From assembly GCA_964459075.1 (NCBI GenBank), contig CAYWKE010000004.1, positions 1 through 44,372 of the forward strand: a stretch of DNA of 44,372 nt. The letters are read 5' to 3'. Below the pieces are notes generated by a model. The model made no database searches. It was not told the DNA's origin and was given only the letters and a program-made list of their open reading frames with translations. Numbering within the stretch: position 1 is the stretch's first letter; each line of letters begins with the position of its first letter. A program made the translations under genes and the position numbers. Positions 25,156-34,721 of this stretch are shown here, piece after piece. Origin of the DNA: an uncultured Candidatus Saccharibacteria bacterium. Its GTDB lineage: Bacteria; Patescibacteriota; Minisyncoccia; Phycocordibacterales; UBA12088.

Positions 25156-26517
25156 TTATAAGTAACTCAAAGGATTGAGATATGCTTCAAATCCCGCCAC
25201 AGGTATTGCCACAGGACTACATGCGGTAATGGGGCGTCCGGGAATGTCCCCTAGCTTTTGGATGCTCACGCCTTCTGTGGCGTACACTGAGAAGTGGAGG
25301 TGGGGGCCGGTCGAGTAGCCCGTGTTGCCACTGTACCCCACAATATCGCCGGTCGCCACCTTCTGCCCCGGTGTGACACCAATGTGGGAGAGGTGTGCGT
25401 ACATGGTCGAGAGCCCGTTGGCGTGCTCGATCATCACCCACTTGCCGTAGGAATAGCAGCCGGCGGCTGCATCCGTGTTGCCCGTTCCTTTGACCGTGCC
25501 TGCAAGCGCTGCGGTCACGGTGGTGCCGGGTGCAGCACGAAAATCGATGCCATTGTGGCCTTGGCCGTTGTACGCTCCTCCGGCAGCAAAGGCCGTGTTA
25601 CCGAAGTACTGCGTGATGCACTTGTCGTTCCCGAGTGCGCTGGTGAAGGTCGGGCAGTTGAGCATGTAGTCGGTCGCGAACGGCCACGCAAGCACGCCCG
25701 AGCCAACCGCAGGAATGGTCGCTGGGTTGAGGATGAAATCCAGCTGCGACTCGAACGTCCGCAGTTCAGCCAAGAACTTCTCCCGTGCAGCGATACGGTC
25801 ATTGAGGAGCTGCTGGTACTTCTCTTCTTCGCTTTGGGTGACCTCAAGAAGTTCGCTCTTCTCGTCGAGGTTCGCATCGACCACGGCTCGCTCGTTTGCA
25901 AGTTCACTTTTGAGACCCGAGAGACGGCCTTTCTTCTGTGCGTTGAGATCGCGCGCACCCTCAAGCTCATCTTTTGATTCGCGCAGATCGGCGAGGTGCG
26001 TTTGAATAGCGAGTTGGAAGCTTTCGATCTCAGCAAGGTTCTCCCAGAACTCTGCAAGTGTATCGTTCTCCAAGAACGCTTCGACCATGCTCTTCTCACC
26101 AAGCGTGTTGAGGGCGCGTAGCGAGACGGCTATCGCTTCTGCGCTTTGAGCGATCTGGAGTTCTCGCTCTCGAATGCGGATCTCCAACTCGCGTATCTCG
26201 AGATCGGTCGAGTTGATCTCCTCCTCGGTGACGCGCATCTCGGTGGCGACCTTGTTGCGTGAGAGATCGAGTTCGTTGATGGTCGACTCAAGTGAGCGCT
26301 TCTCCTGGCTGACGACGTTCAGTTCTTGCTGGTACTCCTCGATCTCTTCACGCAGCTCGATGAGGCGCTTGTTGTGTTCGAGGATCTTCGAGCGCAGCTG
26401 CCCTGCCTCATCAGCATTCACGTGAGGGATCACAATACTGGAGAGGATGCCTGCCGAGAAGAGGCATATAAGAACAAGTGCGCTGTACGTGCGGGTGACC
26501 ATCTCAGGTAAGGACAT
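25156..26517 (-). CDS. M23-family metallopeptidase with long N-terminal coiled coil (EnvC-like architecture)
   Basis: TM anchor, about 230 aa of heptad-rich E/L/K sequence, then M23 motifs HNGIDF and GNTGYSTGPHLHF. Start is ambiguous (26532, 26517 or 26502). Confidence 0.87.
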   Translation of the reverse strand: MSLPEMVTRTYSALVLICLFSAGILSSIVIPHVNADEAGQLRSKILEHNKRLIELREEIEEYQQELNVVSQEKRSLESTINELDLSRNKVATEMRVTEEEINSTDLEIRELEIRIRERELQIAQSAEAIAVSLRALNTLGEKSMVEAFLENDTLAEFWENLAEIESFQLAIQTHLADLRESKDELEGARDLNAQKKGRLSGLKSELANERAVVDANLDEKSELLEVTQSEEEKYQQLLNDRIAAREKFLAELRTFESQLDFILNPATIPAVGSGVLAWPFATDYMLNCPTFTSALGNDKCITQYFGNTAFAAGGAYNGQGHNGIDFRAAPGTTVTAALAGTVKGTGNTDAAAGCYSYGKWVMIEHANGLSTMYAHLSHIGVTPGQKVATGDIVGYSGNTGYSTGPHLHFSVYATEGVSIQKLGDIPGRPITACSPVAIPVAGFEAYLNPLSYL

Positions 26518-27838
26518 CGTGTGCGACCACAATGCGAGCTAAGGTCTCGGCCTTTCCGAGGGCTTCTGCAATGGTTGCGGGGTCAGGAGAGCGGTCGCGT
26601 CCTGAGAGCGCATACCGGACGGGCCAGAAGACACCTCCCTTCCCTCCTTCCAGTGCACAGGACTCGAGTGCGGCAAGGATCGCGCTTCGTTGCCATGCTG
26701 ACTCAGCTATAGTATCCAACGTTTTTGCGGCGAGTGCAAGTCGCTCTGCGGTACGCTGTGGGTCGGGTTCTTTTTTGAAGGGGATGCGTGCGGGGTCGAG
26801 TTCGGGGCGTGTTGTGTAGAAGTCGTACTCCCCGTGTGTTGCGAGGTCGCTCACCTCACCCCAGACACTCACCCGCTCGATGAGGTCAGCGGTAGCCGCC
26901 TCAGAGGCCATGATGACGTCTCGTAGTGTGGGCCGCGGTGCGAGCGTTCGTGCGATACCCTCCTTCTGTGCGTCATGGGGGAGGGCACGGAGATACTCAC
27001 GGTTCACCCAGGAGAGCTTCTCAAGTGTGAAGATGGCTCCTCCCTTCTGAACCTGCGCAAGGTCGAACGCGTGGGTGAGCTCGTCGAGCGAGAAGAGCTC
27101 TTGGTCGGTACCGGGGTTCCATCCTAAGAGTGCAAGGTAGTTCACGATCGCTTCGGGGAGGTACCCACGTTCCCGGTACCACTGCATTTGGGTCGCGCCA
27201 TGCCTTTTGGAGAGCTTGCTGCGATCTGCACCCAGGAGGAGCGGCAGGTGGGCGTAGGTGGGTCGAGGCACACCCAACGCCTCTTGGATGAGTATTTGGC
27301 GAGGGGTGTTGGAGATGTGGTCCTCACCACGAATGACGTGGGTCACCCCGGCGAGGGCGTCGTCCACGACGACCGTGAAGTGGTAGAGCGCATCGTCGAG
27401 CGAGCGTGCGATGACCAGGTCACCTAGCTCCGTTGTATCAAAGGTGATGTCGCCCCTGACCGCATCCGTGAACGTGATCCTGGAGCCGGGGTTCCTGAGG
27501 CGGACGACCGAGACGATGACCCCTGGCTCACGCTTACTTTCCTCGTTGGAGATGTACGCCCGGTCTGCGGCAATGAGCTCCTCGAGCTTTTCACGGTAGA
27601 TGTCACTGCGCTCTGACTGACGTGAGAAGTCGTCCCAGCTGAGACCTAACCAGTGCAGACCCTCAATGATCTCTTCCTCATACGCTGCACGTGAGCGTTC
27701 TCGATCTGTGTCCTCGCTGCGGAAGATGAATTGACCACCGTGACGACGGGCAAAGAGGAAGTTGTAGAGCGCGGTCCGGGCGGTACCGACGTGAAGATGC
27801 CCCGTGGGGCTCGGGGGGATTCGAGTGACGATGGGCAT
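26504..27838 (-). CDS. gltX: Glutamate--tRNA ligase
   Basis: MPIVTRIPPSPTGHLHVG (HIGH) and KLSKR (KMSKS). The ORF-track N-terminal extension overlaps murG and is rejected. Confidence 0.95.
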   Translation of the reverse strand: MPIVTRIPPSPTGHLHVGTARTALYNFLFARRHGGQFIFRSEDTDRERSRAAYEEEIIEGLHWLGLSWDDFSRQSERSDIYREKLEELIAADRAYISNEESKREPGVIVSVVRLRNPGSRITFTDAVRGDITFDTTELGDLVIARSLDDALYHFTVVVDDALAGVTHVIRGEDHISNTPRQILIQEALGVPRPTYAHLPLLLGADRSKLSKRHGATQMQWYRERGYLPEAIVNYLALLGWNPGTDQELFSLDELTHAFDLAQVQKGGAIFTLEKLSWVNREYLRALPHDAQKEGIARTLAPRPTLRDVIMASEAATADLIERVSVWGEVSDLATHGEYDFYTTRPELDPARIPFKKEPDPQRTAERLALAAKTLDTIAESAWQRSAILAALESCALEGGKGGVFWPVRYALSGRDRSPDPATIAEALGKAETLARIVVAHDVLT

Positions 27839-27839
27839 A

Positions 27840-28988
27840 CTAGGTGACGGTCTGCTCGTGTTTGATACAGATCGCGAGGAGCTCTTCTGCGATACGGGTC
27901 GCAGAATCGGGGCGGTACAGCTCTTTCGTAGCAGCCGACATAGCACTACGCTTCCCTTCGTCTTGCATGAGCCGGGTGATCTCTGACACGAGAAGGTGGG
28001 GCGTGAGGTTGTTCTCCTCGATGACGTTCCCCGCTCCGAGTCGTGCAACAGCATACGCATTCTTGCGCTGATCTCGCGATACTTCTTCGCTGATGGGGAC
28101 GAGGATCATGGGAATACCCCACGCCGAGGCCTCGAAGATGGTGGTCGAACCAGCGCGCGCGATGATAAGGTCGGTCGCGCCAGCGGCCATGCGCATGGCA
28201 AGATCGTCGAGGTAGCCAAATCCTTTGTAGCGGTGGCGGTAGGGGTGGTTCTCGAGAATGATGCGGGCTGTGCCGGTGACCTCGGTCTCATGTGCGGGAC
28301 CCGTTTGGTGAATGACCTGGTAGTGGTCGAGCAACTCTGGCAGCGCGTCGAGTAGGGTGTCATTCATTTTCTTTGCCCCTTGCGAACCGCCCAGAAAGAG
28401 TAGCGTTGGTACGTCATCGGTAAAGCCCAAGTACGCATGCGCACCTTGGTGCTCAGGATGGAGTATCTCGCGGCGCACAGGCACACCAACGACCGCGATC
28501 TTGTCGCGGTACTTCTTCGGGAAGTGGTCGATAGCTTGCGGATAGGAGATGCCGATACGCAGCGCGAAGCGAGCTGCGAAGAGGTTCGCACGACCAGGGA
28601 TGGCATCTGAGTCGTGGATGATGATCGGGATGTTGAGGATCTTTGCGGCGATGACGGTCGGGATACTGACGAACCCACCCTTACTGAAGACCACATCAGG
28701 AAAGACGCGCAAGAGCATGGAGATCGCCTTGACGGTCCCAAAGAGCGTCTTGAAGAGATCGGTGAAGTTCTTGATAGAAGGATACCGGCGTAGCTTCCCT
28801 GCTGGAGCGTGGAGGTAGGTGATCTCATTCTCGTAGAGCGCACGTTCGTTGTAGGGGGTCGTGCCGATGTAGTAGAGCTGCGGTGATATGAGACTACGCT
28901 CCTCAGCGAGACGCACGACCTCCTCCGCGACCGCGATGATCGGGTAAAAGTGACCTCCTGTACCTCCTCCGGTGAATGCGATCTTCAT
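27840..28988 (-). CDS. murG: Undecaprenyl-PP-MurNAc-pentapeptide GlcNAc transferase MurG
   Basis: MKIAFTGGGTGGHFYPIIAV; GT28 two-domain layout. Confidence 0.93.
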   Translation of the reverse strand: MKIAFTGGGTGGHFYPIIAVAEEVVRLAEERSLISPQLYYIGTTPYNERALYENEITYLHAPAGKLRRYPSIKNFTDLFKTLFGTVKAISMLLRVFPDVVFSKGGFVSIPTVIAAKILNIPIIIHDSDAIPGRANLFAARFALRIGISYPQAIDHFPKKYRDKIAVVGVPVRREILHPEHQGAHAYLGFTDDVPTLLFLGGSQGAKKMNDTLLDALPELLDHYQVIHQTGPAHETEVTGTARIILENHPYRHRYKGFGYLDDLAMRMAAGATDLIIARAGSTTIFEASAWGIPMILVPISEEVSRDQRKNAYAVARLGAGNVIEENNLTPHLLVSEITRLMQDEGKRSAMSAATKELYRPDSATRIAEELLAICIKHEQTVT

Positions 28989-28989
28989 A

Positions 28990-30081
28990 TTACCTGCGCC
29001 GTTGTCGTGATACGTTGAGGATGATACCCACTCCTGCAAGGGTCGTCAGCATTGCGGTGCCGCCGTTACTAACAAATAGTAGCGGAACACCGGTCAGTGG
29101 CATGACACCCAACATTGAAGCGATATTCATCAGTGATTGTGACATAATGAGTATAACAATCCCGAGCACCAAGAGTCCACCAAAATGGTCACGTGCGCGC
29201 GAAGCGATCAGGAGACCACGCCACGCAAAAAAGGTAAAGAGGCTAAGTAAGAGGACCATCCCCACGAAGCCGAACTCCTCCGCTGCGACCGAGAATATCG
29301 AGTCACCAATGGGTTCCGGCAAGAAACTGAACTTCTGGATGCTCTGCCCGAACCCGCGGCCGAACCAGCCACCCGAGCCGACTGCGATCAGTGACTGCTG
29401 AAGCTGGTAGCTTGCACCCAAGGGGTCGGCGGCAGGGTTGAGGAACGTCAGGATGCGCTCCATCAGGTAGGGGCGAATGAGAATGAGAGTACCCAGGGCG
29501 ACGGTCGCAATACCTGCGAGTGTGGCAAGATCGATGGGACGAGCCCCTGCAGCAATGTACATGCCGGTGAGTGCAAAGCCGATGACAAGCAGGGTGCCCG
29601 TGTCGGGCTGTAGCAACAGAGTGAATGCGACCATGCCAGTGAGTATAAGGAACGGGACGAGTCCGCCGCGGAAGGTTGCGGTCTTGCGTCCCGAGAGCGC
29701 GAGCCAGTGCGCGGCAAGCAGGACGCTGGCGTACTTCAGGAACTCGGCTGGCTGGATGGAGAGGAGGCTGAGGTCTATCCAGCGACGCGCGCCGTTGTGT
29801 TCGAACCCAAGCCCGGGCACGAACACCAGTAAGGTGGCAAGGAACGAGAGTACGAAGAAGGGCACGGCTGAGCGCCTGAGCTTCGCGTAGGGTACGTGCA
29901 TGAACAGAAGCATCAGCCCAAGTCCGAGCGCGATCGCAGCAACCTGGCTCACGGCGATGGTCGAGATGTGGTGTCCAACACGCGCCATCTGTCCCAGCGA
30001 CGCCGAGGCAAAGATCAAAAAGCCCACCGTGAGGAGGATGAGGACCGTAATGAGGAATACGCGATCGTAGCTTCGAAACAT
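28990..30081 (-). CDS. ftsW: SEDS-family peptidoglycan glycosyltransferase FtsW/RodA
   Basis: About 10 TM helices, conserved PEFLK-like and GVMPLTGVPLLFVSNGGT C-terminal motif. Located between mraY and murG. Confidence 0.9.
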   Translation of the reverse strand: MFRSYDRVFLITVLILLTVGFLIFASASLGQMARVGHHISTIAVSQVAAIALGLGLMLLFMHVPYAKLRRSAVPFFVLSFLATLLVFVPGLGFEHNGARRWIDLSLLSIQPAEFLKYASVLLAAHWLALSGRKTATFRGGLVPFLILTGMVAFTLLLQPDTGTLLVIGFALTGMYIAAGARPIDLATLAGIATVALGTLILIRPYLMERILTFLNPAADPLGASYQLQQSLIAVGSGGWFGRGFGQSIQKFSFLPEPIGDSIFSVAAEEFGFVGMVLLLSLFTFFAWRGLLIASRARDHFGGLLVLGIVILIMSQSLMNIASMLGVMPLTGVPLLFVSNGGTAMLTTLAGVGIILNVSRQRRR

Positions 30082-30084
30082 GGA

Positions 30085-31131
30085 CTAGCTGGTGAGTGCA
30101 ACGATGACCCCGATGAATGCAGCCATGATGCCCAGTATCCAAAAGCGCATGACGACCTTCTCGGGAGGCCACCCCGCAGCCTGGAAGTGGTGGTGGATGG
30201 GTGCCACGATGAAGACCTTACGGCCGAGAAATCGCTTCGCGAGCAGTTGGAGGGCGCTCGAGCCGGCGGCAGCGACCAGGAGGATGGAAATGATGGGCAA
30301 CACCAAAACCGCTTCGGTCAGGAAAGCAACGACGGTGAGCGCGAGGGTGAGCGCGGTCGTTCCCGTGTCTGAGAGGTAGAATCGTGCCGGGGGGACATTG
30401 AACCAGAGGAATGCCAACAGCGCGCCCATGACCGAGAAGGAGAACGCAGCGAGATCGATCTGTGCTTGGTTGAAGGCGATGAAACCGTACGCTGCAAAGA
30501 TGATCGCAAACACACCCCCAGAGAGCCCGTCAATGCCGTCGATAACCCCGCCCGAGTAGATGCCGATGATAACGAGGATACAGAATGGGATGAAGAGAGG
30601 TCCCAATTCGAGTGCTCCCCAATACGGTACGGCGACCGAACTGACCTCGAGCTTGTCGTAGAACCACCACGCGATCACGAGACCAACCGCGCCGACCAAC
30701 AACAATCGTTTGCCAGAAGAAAGTCCCCCACCCTTCTGGTCGTAGTGTTCCAGGACCGCCATGACATCATCAATGAGACCTATGAGAGCACCGATGAGGA
30801 GTGCTGCCAACGGCAGCCACGTTTGGCTACGGGAAAGAAAGTTGAGCTTCTCACCGATCGCACCATCGAATGCGCTAAACAGCCAAAACGTAGCGGTCAC
30901 GACGGCCACGCTCGCCCACACGACGATACCTCCCATGCGCGGGGTCTGGCGTCCCTCATCGTCATGGAGAGACGCAGAGATAGGTGCTGCTTTGCCATCT
31001 GTGGTGTAGGCAACGCTCTTCTTCTTCCACGCACGATGCTTGTAGAGGAAGTGGGTGACGAGCGGAGTGATCGCAATACCTACCGCGAATGCGGCCGTTG
31101 CTGGAAGGAGTACTTTGATGACGTCGATCAT
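30085..31131 (-). CDS. mraY: Phospho-N-acetylmuramoyl-pentapeptide transferase MraY
   Basis: GLIDDV, DGIDGLSGG and APIHHHFQ motifs. Confidence 0.95.
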   Translation of the reverse strand: MIDVIKVLLPATAAFAVGIAITPLVTHFLYKHRAWKKKSVAYTTDGKAAPISASLHDDEGRQTPRMGGIVVWASVAVVTATFWLFSAFDGAIGEKLNFLSRSQTWLPLAALLIGALIGLIDDVMAVLEHYDQKGGGLSSGKRLLLVGAVGLVIAWWFYDKLEVSSVAVPYWGALELGPLFIPFCILVIIGIYSGGVIDGIDGLSGGVFAIIFAAYGFIAFNQAQIDLAAFSFSVMGALLAFLWFNVPPARFYLSDTGTTALTLALTVVAFLTEAVLVLPIISILLVAAAGSSALQLLAKRFLGRKVFIVAPIHHHFQAAGWPPEKVVMRFWILGIMAAFIGVIVALTS

Positions 31132-31222
31132 AAGGCATACACCGAGCTCCCACCTGAGCTGGCGGGTTGGGTCACTCGGGGTTGTAAGGGTTCAAAGAAG
31201 CGCGCAACTTCTTATGCTTTCC

Positions 31223-31231
31223 AGTATACCG
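31223..31231 (-). promoter_or_regulatory. -10 box CGGTATACT upstream of the mraY-ftsW-murG-gltX-M23 string
   Basis: The reverse complement of 31223-31231 reads CGGTATACT, about 90 nt before the mraY ATG. Confidence 0.4.
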
Positions 31232-31273
31232 CGTTTGGGGGCTGTCGACAGCACTTCTCAACAGCTTACTCTG

Positions 31274-32311
31274 CTAGACCAATGAGAAAAGTCGTCCGAT
31301 GAAGAATACGTAGAGCACGAGGTAGAGGGAACCCTCCCAAATATGGATACGGCGCGAGATACCAGAGATGACGAACAGGAGGGTTGCCACGACCATAACA
31401 GGAAGCGCGAGCGTGAGCGTTTCGCGATCGAGGGGCAGTGCCACAAAGAGACCAGGGATCCCCACGACCAACAACAGGTTGAACACGTTGCTGCCAAAAA
31501 TGTTGCCGAGCGCTACCTCTGATTTACTACTTAACGCCGCTTTTGCGGAAACCAAGAGCTCAGGCAGCGAGGTTCCGACCGCGACCGCAAAGAGTGCCAC
31601 GGCGCTTGGCGCGATCAACAGGAGCTCTGCTGCAGCAATGACCGAATCGATGAGGTACTTTGCTCCACCAGCGAGAGCGACCACACCCACAACCAAGAGG
31701 ATAAGGTCGCTGGTGCGTACCGACTCAGGAGCGGTGTCGGTACGTGCTCCACTCTGTGGTGCGGTATCAGGCGCAGCAGCTTCTGCAGGTGGCGCATCGA
31801 TCGAGACGGCGTGGGGGCGTGGCAGTACGCCCCCTCCCTCCCCGGTGGTCTCCTCGTCGCTCTGGTGTTTGAGCGTGTAGGCGAAGTACATGATGAAAGC
31901 GAGGATAAGGAAGCCGGACTCAGCACGCGTGATGAGACCGTCGTACGCAACGCCGACGAAGAGGGTCGTGGTGATCGCAATGAGCGGTAGGTCGAGGTCG
32001 ATGAGACTCTTGGTCACGGTCAGCGCTCGGGCGAGCACTGCAGCTGATCCGACCACGAGGAGGATGTTCGCAATGTTCGAACCTATGGCATTTGCCGTGA
32101 CGATCGATGGTTCCCCGGCTATGAGAGCGAACACAGATGAAATGAGCTCAGGAAGTGACGTACCGATACCCACGAGTACGACACCGATGATGAATGGCGA
32201 GAGGCCGAGTGCGCGCCCGATACGCTCTGCGCCCAGAAGAAGCCAGTCCGCACCCTTGACGAGGGAGGCAAGGGAGACAACGAAGACGAGTGCTACGAGT
32301 GCGAGCGTCAT
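31274..32311 (-). CDS. CaCA-family cation/Ca2+ exchanger (YrbG-like)
   Basis: Two alpha-repeat GTSLPEL motifs and two 5-TM halves joined by a low-complexity loop. The ATG overlaps the upstream stop (ATGA). Confidence 0.87.
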   Translation of the reverse strand: MTLALVALVFVVSLASLVKGADWLLLGAERIGRALGLSPFIIGVVLVGIGTSLPELISSVFALIAGEPSIVTANAIGSNIANILLVVGSAAVLARALTVTKSLIDLDLPLIAITTTLFVGVAYDGLITRAESGFLILAFIMYFAYTLKHQSDEETTGEGGGVLPRPHAVSIDAPPAEAAAPDTAPQSGARTDTAPESVRTSDLILLVVGVVALAGGAKYLIDSVIAAAELLLIAPSAVALFAVAVGTSLPELLVSAKAALSSKSEVALGNIFGSNVFNLLLVVGIPGLFVALPLDRETLTLALPVMVVATLLFVISGISRRIHIWEGSLYLVLYVFFIGRLFSLV

Positions 32312-33474
32312 ACACCCGTGAGGTAGGAGCGTGCGGCGTCCGTGAGGGTCTCCACATCACTGAACCGCTCCTCAAACGTCGAGCCGAGGACGACGATGAT
32401 GAGGGGGTGTGCAACGCCCGCGTCGACCGCAACCGCGAGGTTCCCCCCTGCCAGATCGGTGAAGCCGGTCTTCGAGCCGATCATCCCCGGCACATCGCCG
32501 ACCGTGCCATTGGTATTCGTTGCTTGATGGACGAACCCAGAGCGCGATTCAAACGTACGCGTAGGAAAGCGAGATGCTTCAAAGACGTCAGGATACTCAC
32601 GCATCATCGCTACCAGCATGCGGGTCGCGTCTCGCGCCGAGCCCTCAGAGCCCGGGGTCGTCTGCGAGGTATCAAGACCTGTTGCGTTGCGGAAGCGGGT
32701 CGAACGCATACCCAAACGCCCCGCCTCTGCGTTCATTTCCTCGACAAAGCGCAGACGCGCTGCGGCCTCTTCCGATTCGGTCAGGGTGGTACGCGAGGTG
32801 GTCGCACCCGCTCCTTCTGATGTTCCAAAACGAAGCTGTGCGCCAGCTGCTGCGGCGAGCGCTTGTGCTGCGTCGTTGCTTGAGGTCATGAGCATGAACG
32901 CTGCAAGGTCCTGTGCACGCCACTCCTCGTAGGCGATGAGCCCGCTGTCACCTTCTGTCGCGAGCGCCCCGGGGAGGATCGGTACGATGGCATCACTGCC
33001 GAGGACCTTCAGTGCTGTGTAGGCGGTCATGAGCTTGCCGACCGACGCGAGGGGTAGTGGTGCATCTGCCTCACGCGCAAAGATGATGGTGTCCTCGGTC
33101 GTATCGAGTACGACCGCGGAGCGTGCCCCGAGCGTCACGTTTGAGAACGCGGAGAGGTCACGCACGATGCCCTCATCCGGTTCCAGGATCGGTGCCTCGA
33201 GCGCGATCGCGGCCAAGGGTTCACTCGAATCCACGGTGTGTGGACCTATGAGCGTGTAGCTTAGTGCGACGAGTCCGCCCACAGACGCAAGTGCGACCAC
33301 GAGCATCATGATGATGAGTGCGTCGTGGTGGCGGGTCGCCAAAGGTGGAGCGGGGTCATGCTCGTGGGTCGTGAGGGTCGGGTCACCAAAGAACGGGAGC
33401 TGCTCAGTTGGCTCACTCCCCTCCCTCGTCCTCGCTTCGCTCGAGTGCTCGGGCAAGTTTATCCTGTAGTTCAT
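32308..33474 (-). CDS. Serine-type D-Ala-D-Ala carboxypeptidase (S11, PBP5-like)
   Basis: SxxK (ASVGK), SxN (SSND) and KTG (KTGFT) motifs. Start is uncertain: 33474 overlaps scpB by 62 nt, and the alternative is the MM at 33309. Confidence 0.82.
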   Translation of the reverse strand: MNYRINLPEHSSEARTREGSEPTEQLPFFGDPTLTTHEHDPAPPLATRHHDALIIMMLVVALASVGGLVALSYTLIGPHTVDSSEPLAAIALEAPILEPDEGIVRDLSAFSNVTLGARSAVVLDTTEDTIIFAREADAPLPLASVGKLMTAYTALKVLGSDAIVPILPGALATEGDSGLIAYEEWRAQDLAAFMLMTSSNDAAQALAAAAGAQLRFGTSEGAGATTSRTTLTESEEAAARLRFVEEMNAEAGRLGMRSTRFRNATGLDTSQTTPGSEGSARDATRMLVAMMREYPDVFEASRFPTRTFESRSGFVHQATNTNGTVGDVPGMIGSKTGFTDLAGGNLAVAVDAGVAHPLIIVVLGSTFEERFSDVETLTDAARSYLTGV

Positions 33475-33970
33475 GATGATCTGGGAGGTCCTCGATACGT
33501 GCCACGCCGAGGTGTGCCAGGAGTTCCTGGGTGGCTCGGTAGTAGTGCATCCGTGCGCCACTACATGCGTCGAGGCGTTCAACAAGACCCCGTACCTGCA
33601 GGGTGCGCAGGATGTAGGATGAATTGACACCTCGAATATGGTCTATCTCGGCACGCGTGACGGGACCCTTATACAGTACTATAGCAAGGGTTTCGGCACC
33701 AGCACGGCCAATGTCACGGGAAAGCTCGTGCTTGCGTACGGATTCGATGAGCGGGGCGACCGAGGGAGCGGTGCGTAGCGCGAGTGCCCCATCATCCTCG
33801 ATGAGAGCTATACCGCCATTACTGAAGCGTTCGCGCAGCGCAGGGAGTGCCTGGTGGAGCTCGTCATCGGATATGCCGAGGAACGTAGCCAGCTTGGCCT
33901 TGGGTGTGGGTTCGGCGAGGTAAAAGAGAAGCGCCTCCAGGTTGTGCGTGAGGGGGGTATCAGCTTCCAT
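33413..33970 (-). CDS. scpB: Segregation and condensation protein B
   Basis: Tandem winged-helix pattern EALLFYLAEPTP...GGIALIEDDGALALRT...ETLAIVLYKGPVTRAEI. Confidence 0.9.
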   Translation of the reverse strand: MEADTPLTHNLEALLFYLAEPTPKAKLATFLGISDDELHQALPALRERFSNGGIALIEDDGALALRTAPSVAPLIESVRKHELSRDIGRAGAETLAIVLYKGPVTRAEIDHIRGVNSSYILRTLQVRGLVERLDACSGARMHYYRATQELLAHLGVARIEDLPDHHELQDKLARALERSEDEGGE

Positions 33971-34721
33971 AGTGGGGGGTACTAACTTGATCTGACTCCA
34001 TCACTATATCAGCAAAGTTACCGTACTGCTCAACCTTCAGTGTCCCCTGCTTAACCAACTCAAGCATAGCGAGGAAACTCACGACCACGTTCACCTTGCT
34101 CTCGCGACCGTGCCCGGAAAACTCACGGAAGCTGGTGCGGCTCGCACTCTTGACCCGGTCGATGAGTCGGTCGATCATCTCCTCGAGCGATACGATCTTT
34201 TGAACGACCGCGCGCGGCACCTGCTCTTCCTGTTTGGGAAGTGCCGCAAGAACACGGTCGGCCGCAGCACGCAACTCCTCAACACTACACCGTGCATCGG
34301 GATGAAATAGGGGCTCCTCGTCTTTGTGGTCGAGTGGTTCAAAGAGGTAGTTGTGCCCGAAGCGCTCCTGAATTCCCTTCCCTGCCCCGCGGAACATCTG
34401 GTAGAGGCGCAGGCGCTCTTCCAACTCCTCCACACTCTCTTGTTCCTCTTGCGAGAGTTCGAGTTGCGGAAGGAGCGATCGGGATTTGATGAGGACGAGC
34501 GTCGAGGCGACGAGGATGAAGTGCGCGGCCTCACCCATGGGGAACTCGGGGTGCCGCTTGAGGTAGTCGACGTACTCATCCGCGACACGCGCGAGCGCTA
34601 TCTCATTGATGAGGAGCTTGCGCTTCTCGATGAGAGTAAGAAGAAGGTCCAGCGGACCCTCGAACACTTCGGTTTTGACGTGAATGGTTGGTTGCACGTC
34701 TCTATTGTACGATAGAGGCAT
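33960..34721 (-). CDS. scpA: Segregation and condensation protein A
   Basis: FEGPLDLLLTLIEKRKLLINEI signature. Start at MPLSY (34721) is preferred over the longer ORF. Confidence 0.88.
   Translation of the reverse strand: MPLSYNRDVQPTIHVKTEVFEGPLDLLLTLIEKRKLLINEIALARVADEYVDYLKRHPEFPMGEAAHFILVASTLVLIKSRSLLPQLELSQEEQESVEELEERLRLYQMFRGAGKGIQERFGHNYLFEPLDHKDEEPLFHPDARCSVEELRAAADRVLAALPKQEEQVPRAVVQKIVSLEEMIDRLIDRVKSASRTSFREFSGHGRESKVNVVVSFLAMLELVKQGTLKVEQYGNFADIVMESDQVSTPHYGS
34708..34713 (+). promoter_or_regulatory. -10-like TACGAT 6 nt upstream of the MFS ATG (inside the first codons of scpA)
   Basis: TTGTACGATAGAGGC then ATG at 34720. Confidence 0.35.

Noticed and set aside
26504-28060. 75-codon N-terminal extension of gltX overlapping murG
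   Set aside because: The extension is Ser/Arg-rich and overlaps the murG C-terminus. The canonical GluRS N-terminus MPIVTRIPPSPTGHLH begins at 27838.
29303-30172. 289-aa alternative-frame ORF within ftsW, and the 278-aa ORF 30466-31302 antisense to mraY
   Set aside because: Their Arg/His/Pro-rich low-complexity translations contrast with the well-supported SEDS and MraY membrane proteins in the chosen frames.
33413-33630. Long N-terminal extension of the DD-carboxypeptidase ORF overlapping scpB
   Set aside because: The first 52 codons overlap the well-supported scpB C-terminus in another frame and look non-protein-like. A start at 33474 or 33309 is more plausible.
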